Source of the DNA: Schmidtea polychroa
Lineage: Eukaryota
Length of the DNA: 64,000 bases
Assembly: GCA_044892525.1 (NCBI GenBank)
Contig: CM097888.1
Coordinates: forward strand, 35,526,001 to 35,590,000
Direction of reading: 5' to 3'
Below the pieces are notes generated by a model that was not told where the DNA came from, ran no database searches, and was given only the letters and a program-made list of their open reading frames with translations. A program made the translations under genes and the position numbers. Positions 57,301 through 64,000 of this stretch are shown here, piece after piece; the first letter of the stretch is position 1, and each line of letters begins with the position of its first letter.

Positions 57301-57838
57301 CTAGTAGGATTATTTGGTTATGATAATCGATATTATTTGCAAATTATCAAGATATCGGTGAAATATTCAGTATGGGTACAAATAAAACTGTCATTGCCAC
57401 TGCCATTCCATTTGATATGGAGAATTGGATCCTCTGGACCATGAGAAATGTCCATCATTGTTCCACAAATCCATATAAAAGATATCAAGACCTCTTTAAT
57501 GTATTTATTTCTAATTTTCTATTTCAATTTATGGGAAATCTTTATTTTGTTAGAAACGATTTTTTTCCACTCACGAAAGTCAAAATCTACGTCCCTTTTT
57601 GATTAGGTACATTATTAAAGGTTTCCACCCGGATATTGCTATTATTGAGTCTTCATTAATGCCTCGATGGGCAACAATTTCATGGCTAATTGTCCAAGCA
57701 TCTGTAAGTTATCCTTTTTATCCAGGGTTACCTTATTAGATATATTCTAGTCCCCAACAGTTGTAGCAAATTGTAAATTAGCCCTCATATATGATTGGCT
57801 GTTCTATGACAAACAGTATGACTGTATCATGGACATTG
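54325..57838 (+). CDS. INTS3: Integrator complex subunit 3, N-terminal part; exons 54325-54390, 54444-54500, 54548-54830, 54990-55056, 55102-55270, 57171-57303, 57352-57500, 57554-57703, 57751-57838; remainder not found in the window
   Basis: DLILISRDG, GDLTQSNLWLIE, VYTYLRLI, VGRDLL...IPEFNKLW, KRYQDLF, LIRYI...HP, MPRWATISWL and NCKLALIYDWLFY..CIMDI are colinear with motifs I recall from INTS3; consistent GT-AG phases. Confidence 0.9.
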
Positions 57839-59016
57839 GTATGTTTTGAAGCTTTTTGTTATTTCAAGATAGAATTTATTTTATATATTATTATTTTTGA
57901 TAATTTAAATTTTATCAATATTGTGAAAGTAAATAAATAGAATTAGTATTTAATTTCCAGTTTTAAATAGATTTAAATAATATAATAAAAGTGGATAATA
58001 AAATTATAAATTAAAATAATAAATTAAATATGAATATCGAAGTTATTAATTGGTTTGACGGTAAATTAATTATATTTAAGAATGATTGAAAATTAAATTA
58101 TATAATATTTATTGAATGCTTGTGTATGAATATTCCCTATTCAATTATTAACTCATGCTTGCGAAAATATCCTCAAAGCTAAAATAAAAGATTGTTTAAA
58201 TAAGGGAGATTTTTGTTTGGTGTTGTTAAATATAGTTTTGTTTTGAAATGTTATGGATGTTATTAATTCAAGAAACCAGAAATCTAATAAATATAATTCG
58301 TAGTTTACCAAATAAAACAAAAATTATTAAAACAAATTATACAAATATAAGTATTCTAACATTTGATAGGAGCCAACATATTTCAGTTATAAACATACTA
58401 TTGTATGTTACTCATAGTGCTAAATATCGATATTCTTTTTTTTTCATTATTGTCTTTGTCCTTTCCTACCAAAACATCATTTCTAAGCCAATTCTCTAAA
58501 TGAACTGTCTGGAGTAGTTCTGTTTAACTTATACCATTTGCCGAGTTATAATATAAACCCGAATATTCTACTTTCGTTTTCTGTTTCTTTGTCATCAATT
58601 TAATTAGGTTAGATTAAAATGCTTTTCCTTAGTCGCATTGTCTTAGTCTTACTTTACCAAAGGGTCTCTTTGATACGTCCTGCTACTGTGGTAGTTTTGT
58701 CACCTTTGGATCATCTTAACAATCTGTTTGTTCTTATTTCTATTATCAAAATTAGAAGCAATATTTATTATTAGTTCTCTGTACTCCTGTGTGATATAAT
58801 GACTATCGTGTATGATATGTATAATAGGGCTATGATTTGAAGCCCTTTTTTCAAAACATTTTTCCTGTGCTTTCATTAGATGAACATTTTTATAAATCAT
58901 TCATTTTTGAGGTTTTTAATCAAAAAAATTATAAAAAAGGCTGAGCACTCACTAGTTTCTATTATGGAGACATAGATGTAGCATTAATATTTATATTTTT
59001 TATAATACATATTCTC

Positions 59017-59061
<45 letters not shown>

Positions 59062-59131
59062 CAATCCCAGAGCTTTTTTTCGGGATTGGTTTTTGTTTAT
59101 CCCGGGATTAACCTAGTAGAATTTTATTATT

Positions 59132-59302
59132 AAAGAAACTAATTTAAAATAAACATTTTATAAGTCAATAAAAAATTTTATTTTCTTACTATATTATCTA
59201 CATCTATAATATTATAATATAATATTATAGATGTAGATAATATAGTAAGAAAATAAAATTTTTTATTGACTTATAAAATGTTTATTTTAAATTAGTTTCT
59301 TT
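59132..59302. repeat. Perfect palindrome, 85-bp arms with 1-nt spacer (59217)
   Basis: 59132..59216 is the exact reverse complement of 59218..59302. Confidence 0.95.
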
Positions 59303-59751
59303 TTGACTGTTGGTTTCGTACTCAATTTCTTTCATATATGACCAAATTTTCATAGCATAGTCCAAAGTCATTTTTCGGAAACTGTGTTTAGATTTTTGAT
59401 AACTCAAATCCTTTTGCCGTCAGTGCACTTCTTAGATCATTGGAAGTAACAAATACTAAAAATGGAAATCCATCTCGTGCTGCCATTCTCGAAGTGATTT
59501 ATCGTCTTTAATAGCAAAAGAGTCTGTTATTTTTCGTTTCTTGTATGTAGAAATACTTTGGGATTCTTTTTAGCGTATCAATATTATAAATACTTTTTAA
59601 ATGTGTATGAAGTCCCTTAGTAGATCCTCCTGTTGTCTTAATAATTTGTGGACAGCGTTTAAACTTAGCATTAAATTTTTAGGTTCACTTAAATTACAGC
59701 ACAAAATCATAAATAATATACATGGTAATATACATCTAAAATATAATTATA

Positions 59752-60703
59752 CAGTAAACCCCCGCAATTACGACCTAATTGGTTGCTGAAAAGAAGTAAT
59801 GTGAACAGTCGTAAAGAGAGGTTTTATTTCCCATTGACCCAATGTTATAAATGGCTAATTCATCGTAGGTCTTGAATTTCGCCTATCTATTCTTTAACAA
59901 AATAATTTCATGCAACTAAATGCGAGTATAAGTAACACAAAATCACTAATAACACTTTAAATAGTAAATACAGCAATAAATCGCATATTGTTCACATATT
60001 AAAAATTTAGTGATTAAATCATAAAAATTATTATATTTAAACTACATGCTGAAAATGATGACCTGTATTTTCAACGTAGTTCGAAGGTTAATTCATTAAT
60101 AAAGGAAGCTTACACTTGCTACAGACAAATATATTATGAAAAAAAAACCATCAGTTCAAAAACATTAGATTGTTATTTTAAGAAGACTCTAGCCATTCTT
60201 GGGGGTGCTCAACCTGTATGTGCCAGCCAATCAATGGAGGTTGATAATACAGAGGTGATAGAAGATTTTAAAATTGAAAATTATGTAGTTGCAATCGACG
60301 ATAACCCCATTGAATACTGCCCTTCTCAATCACACGAAAAGTAGCTTTTTTACTCAAATACGCAATTGTACCAAATTTAATTAAATAAAATTGTAGTTTA
60401 AAAATTTTTATGAAAGAAATATTGTTTGTATTTTAAATATTATTCACTAGATATTATTCACTTATTAATAAATATTAAAAATAAACAAAATACTTAATAA
60501 TATTCGGTAGTATTGTGATTGAAAACATGAATGTCTAGTATTTTGTTACAAAATTAGTCATTATACTTTCATTGAAGTTAGGGCCTAACTATTGTAGGCT
60601 GGGGAATGCGTGGCTAGGCTAGTCGTAATTGTGAGTCATGGTCGTGATTGGCCCCAGAAAACGAGGTCGTAAAACCGGGCGGTCGTTTGGCGAGGGTCTA
60701 CTG
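59752..60703 (+). mobile_element. Non-autonomous Tigger/pogo element
   Basis: TA TSDs; TIR cagtaaacccccgc / cagtagaccctcgc; acgacc subterminal motifs; residual transposase tail (KEAYTCYRQIYYEKK...TLDCYFKK). Confidence 0.8.
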
Positions 60704-61249
60704 TATTCATGAAATAACCTTTAGTTTATTTATACTTTCAAATTAGTCATTTTCAAATACGTAATAAACCATTACATGATTTGTTAATATTTATCGTCGT
60801 TTGTAATATGTAATTTAAGATTAATAATGTTATCTAAGTTAGCAAAACAAGTTTGTAGATGACAATTCAGATATATAAAAACAAAATTTAAGGAATAAAA
60901 TCACAAGGCGTTCAGAAATACCTTTTCAGTTAACAGAATTAACTGAACTTTATAAAATGCCTGTAACGAGTAACATTAAAAGTTATTTGGGATTATATCA
61001 ATCCTTCAGAGAAAGAAGGCGAGGATAGACAAAATTACAGAAGAAATGATATGTCTTTGGATGAAATTTAATTTCCCCGTATCAAAACAACATGTTTCCA
61101 CTAAAATAAGTAATTCGATTGATTTGTATCTTATTTCTAGAAGGATTTGGTTGGTGTTTTTGACATTACAAAAGAAAAAGGGTATTGGTTGAGTTAAGAA
61201 GACAAATAGCTGCATTTAACAATGGTTGAATCCAAGGGTAGCATCGAAT

Positions 61250-62180
61250 GTACAACCTCGAAATTAGCATCTTATCAACAATTCATCCATCAAAGCGAAG
61301 TAGAGTGGCAGTGACATCAACTAGCGAATTATCCGATGATCTTTCTATTATGTCACTTGATGCCGTAATGGAACCTGAGAAAATACCGATGTAAAATGCC
61401 TGCTGCAAATTTTGTTACAAGGTATGCCTTATCAACAAGACAAGCTTTGAGAGTTTGCAACAGCTTAGGTAGTGAAAACGATGGTCATATATCAACCCCA
61501 TCACAAAGTCGAGTGTGGAGAAAAGTAATTAGTTAGGACGGAAGAAGGTTTTCTGAAATAAAAGGCGTTATCCAACGCGAAAGTGATTTCTGTCTACATT
61601 TCGATGGTAAACAGATGTTAGATAATGAATACCAAGTTGTGTGCTTAAAAAGTCCGTTTCAAAGTTCAAATCTGGGAATAATTATTTGCAGAAGTGGTTC
61701 TGCAGACGATATATTCAATCAATTGAAGAATATTTTTGATCAATTCGATGCTTGGAAATGCATTAAAATAGTAGTCTGTGGCACAACTGCGGTTAATACT
61801 GGAAAAGAAATGGAATTATTGTGAGACTTCAAACAGTATTTCAAAGAAAAGGCCATTCTGGACCTAGTTCTTAGACATTTAATCGACTTCAGTTTTCCAA
61901 CTCATTCACAGAGTCCAAATATTAATTATGAGTTTATTGATTTAATTATTACCTCATATGAGACTTCAGAAAACCTGCTGTGGAAAGACGGAATTACCTC
62001 TTATTAAAAAACCTGGATGGAGAGATGATTTAAAATTTTTGTTTGAGCTATGTGAGGCATACAAATGGTACACGAGTTCTGGCAAATTTCCTATCATAAA
62101 GTGGTGAAAACTTCCATCGATCAATAATGCCAGATAAAACTCTCGACCAACGTTCTCTTTAATTGCCTATTTCTCATGTT
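61250..62180 (+). pseudogene. Degraded hATm-like transposase
   Basis: CLHFDGK (61591..), GIIICRSGSA, C.TTAVNTG, HILDLVL and PGWRDD resemble the (W/F)DGK / DTT..NTG / CRHH pattern; many disruptions. Confidence 0.55.
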
Positions 62181-62459
62181 ACAGTATCGCGAGAGGCTGT
62201 TCGATCTTTGTCATTTCGCAGCCACAGTATGGACAGCAGCATGGTTCTACTATCAGCATTTTAATGGCCACGTTTATCTCTAAATTCCGATACCAGGGGC
62301 AATATAGTGACGCAAGAAGAGACAAAATCCGTAATTTGAGTCTAAAACCGCGCGTAGTATCGTGAAGTAAGCTTTTCTGGTCATTGGATGATTGCATCTT
62401 TTCTCATTATAATTCTTCTGTGTGTGGATTAAGTAACAACAGTTCGCTCCTAATGAGTT

Positions 62460-62950
62460 CACGTGAACCTGAAATCTGGCTAGTGCAGTTAGAGCAATTG
62501 GAGAGTATGAAGAACGATACAAGCGGAAAGCACCTGATCAGACAACAGTTCAATATGGGAAAGACTAGTTATGGACAGAAGAGAGCTTACAGCTAAGACA
62601 TAAGACAGGAAGACTTTAAAAGGAGAATCTCACGAATGAAGTGATTCATTATATCTTATAACACAACGAAGCCGCAATTCAGATAAATGGTCTCGGATAT
62701 TGGAACATCCCAATCAACCGTTCACAGAATCGTTAGAAAAGAAGATATCCGTCCGTGAAAATATCAACAATTTGCGATTTTGGCTCTGGTATTTCGTCAA
62801 ATATAACGTCTAACGAAACAGGCCTGCGACTCCAAGAAAATAGAGATTCAATTGAAAATTCGTTGAAAAACATCCCAACCAAGATGATTCAATCTTGTTA
62901 TCGTTAATTTGTTAAGCATTGTTGAGTGTGCTTACAATAAGAAAGATGCC
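62460..62950 (+). pseudogene. Internally deleted mariner/Tc1-like element
   Basis: IGTSQSTVHRIV (HTH) and C-terminal IENSLKNIP.KMIQ...C....HIEH pattern; disrupted. Confidence 0.5.
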
Positions 62951-64000
62951 ATATTGAACATTATGTAATGCTACCTTGTGTTAGGGATTGGCATAAAATA
63001 TCATAGAACTAGAAAAATTAGAAAATAAACAAAACTAGTAATTTTACAATTACTAAAGATAGCATATAAGTATTAATAGTAGATTTTAAATACAAAAAAT
63101 AGAATTGCAGTAATTATTTATATAGAGAGAGGTGATAGGCGTAATCCGAGTTATATTTACTAAGTGAAATTAGTATAAATACGGAGCAATGCATTTTTGT
63201 GCTCAGGAAAAATAATTATACAAATTTTGAAATTGAACACAGATAGAAAATTCGCAAACGAATATTAAAAGGTATTAGCTTTCTTTTTTGTAGAAGTTAA
63301 TTTACCTTGTTAAATTGTCCGAATATTTACCCGCCTTTCATTCAACAGGCTATCAATTTATTCAATTAAACCGTTTGAAACAGTTCTTTTAGTAAAACTG
63401 TATTGTCTTTATAAAATTTTAAAGGGTAGGATTGTAGGAAACGTTGTAACCGATTCTTTGTAGCAATCGATAGCGTAAAAAATTGGGAATCCCTCATCTT
63501 TTACATTTCACCTTTGAGCGACGCTGCAGTTAAGTTAGAATCCAGCTATTGCCAACTTTAAAATATATGAGGACGGTTGGGTAAAACCGATATCTGCTTT
63601 AGTGATTTGCGCCAATTTTTGGGTCACTGTATTTACGAGTGATTTTAGATTAATTAAATTGTGTAAATCATATTTGTTATATTTATATTTTAATTTCATT
63701 TTATCATCGAAATCGAGTTGTCTTAGTTATTTAAAGATGTAGTATCATTTGGAGTCAGACAGTGCAAACAAGGTTAATAGTTAATCTAACTAACGAACTT
63801 AACACTAACTTTAGGTATTCTTTTAATTTGTATAAATATATAGATGCTCTTTTCTTCAATTTAAATTGTTTATTGCTTAACAAACAGAAACAGATACTTA
63901 TGAATCACCATGTACTTGATAAAGACAAAGCGGAAAATTAATAAAAAATAAAATAGTGATAAAAAATACACATAATTTGTATCATATTTGGTTTCATTTT

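Overview
Eukaryotic, very AT-rich, transposon-dense animal DNA with many introns of about 45-60 nt and three N-gaps. A triclad flatworm-like genome is plausible, but the species cannot be proven from sequence. Host genes: a goosecoid-type K50 paired-like homeobox gene (3980..11423, +), FACT subunit SPT16 (14729..20247, +), two head-to-head copies of a DDX5/DDX17 (p68/Dbp2) DEAD-box helicase (34876..37166 -, 41349..43651 +), and the 5' part of Integrator subunit INTS3 (54325..57838+, +). The main structure is a large inverted duplication around a ~4.3 kb spacer. Its arms are colinear without indels and essentially identical across the helicase gene body. They differ in the first 11-15 codons and the promoters and become more diverged distally, a pattern that suggests arm-to-arm gene conversion. 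The right arm carries a 3647-bp hAT element with an intact transposase and a 5-bp TSD, shown by the empty site in the left arm. Other elements: an intact, apparently single-ended BED-finger hAT transposase antisense in the goosecoid intron; an intron-containing piggyBac nested in a Penelope-like remnant; a Ty3/Gypsy gag remnant; Tigger/pogo, Tc1/mariner, hATm, MULE and Helitron remnants; several MITEs; a microsatellite-associated foldback repeat; and a perfect 85-bp-arm palindrome. No rRNA, tRNA or CRISPR array was seen.
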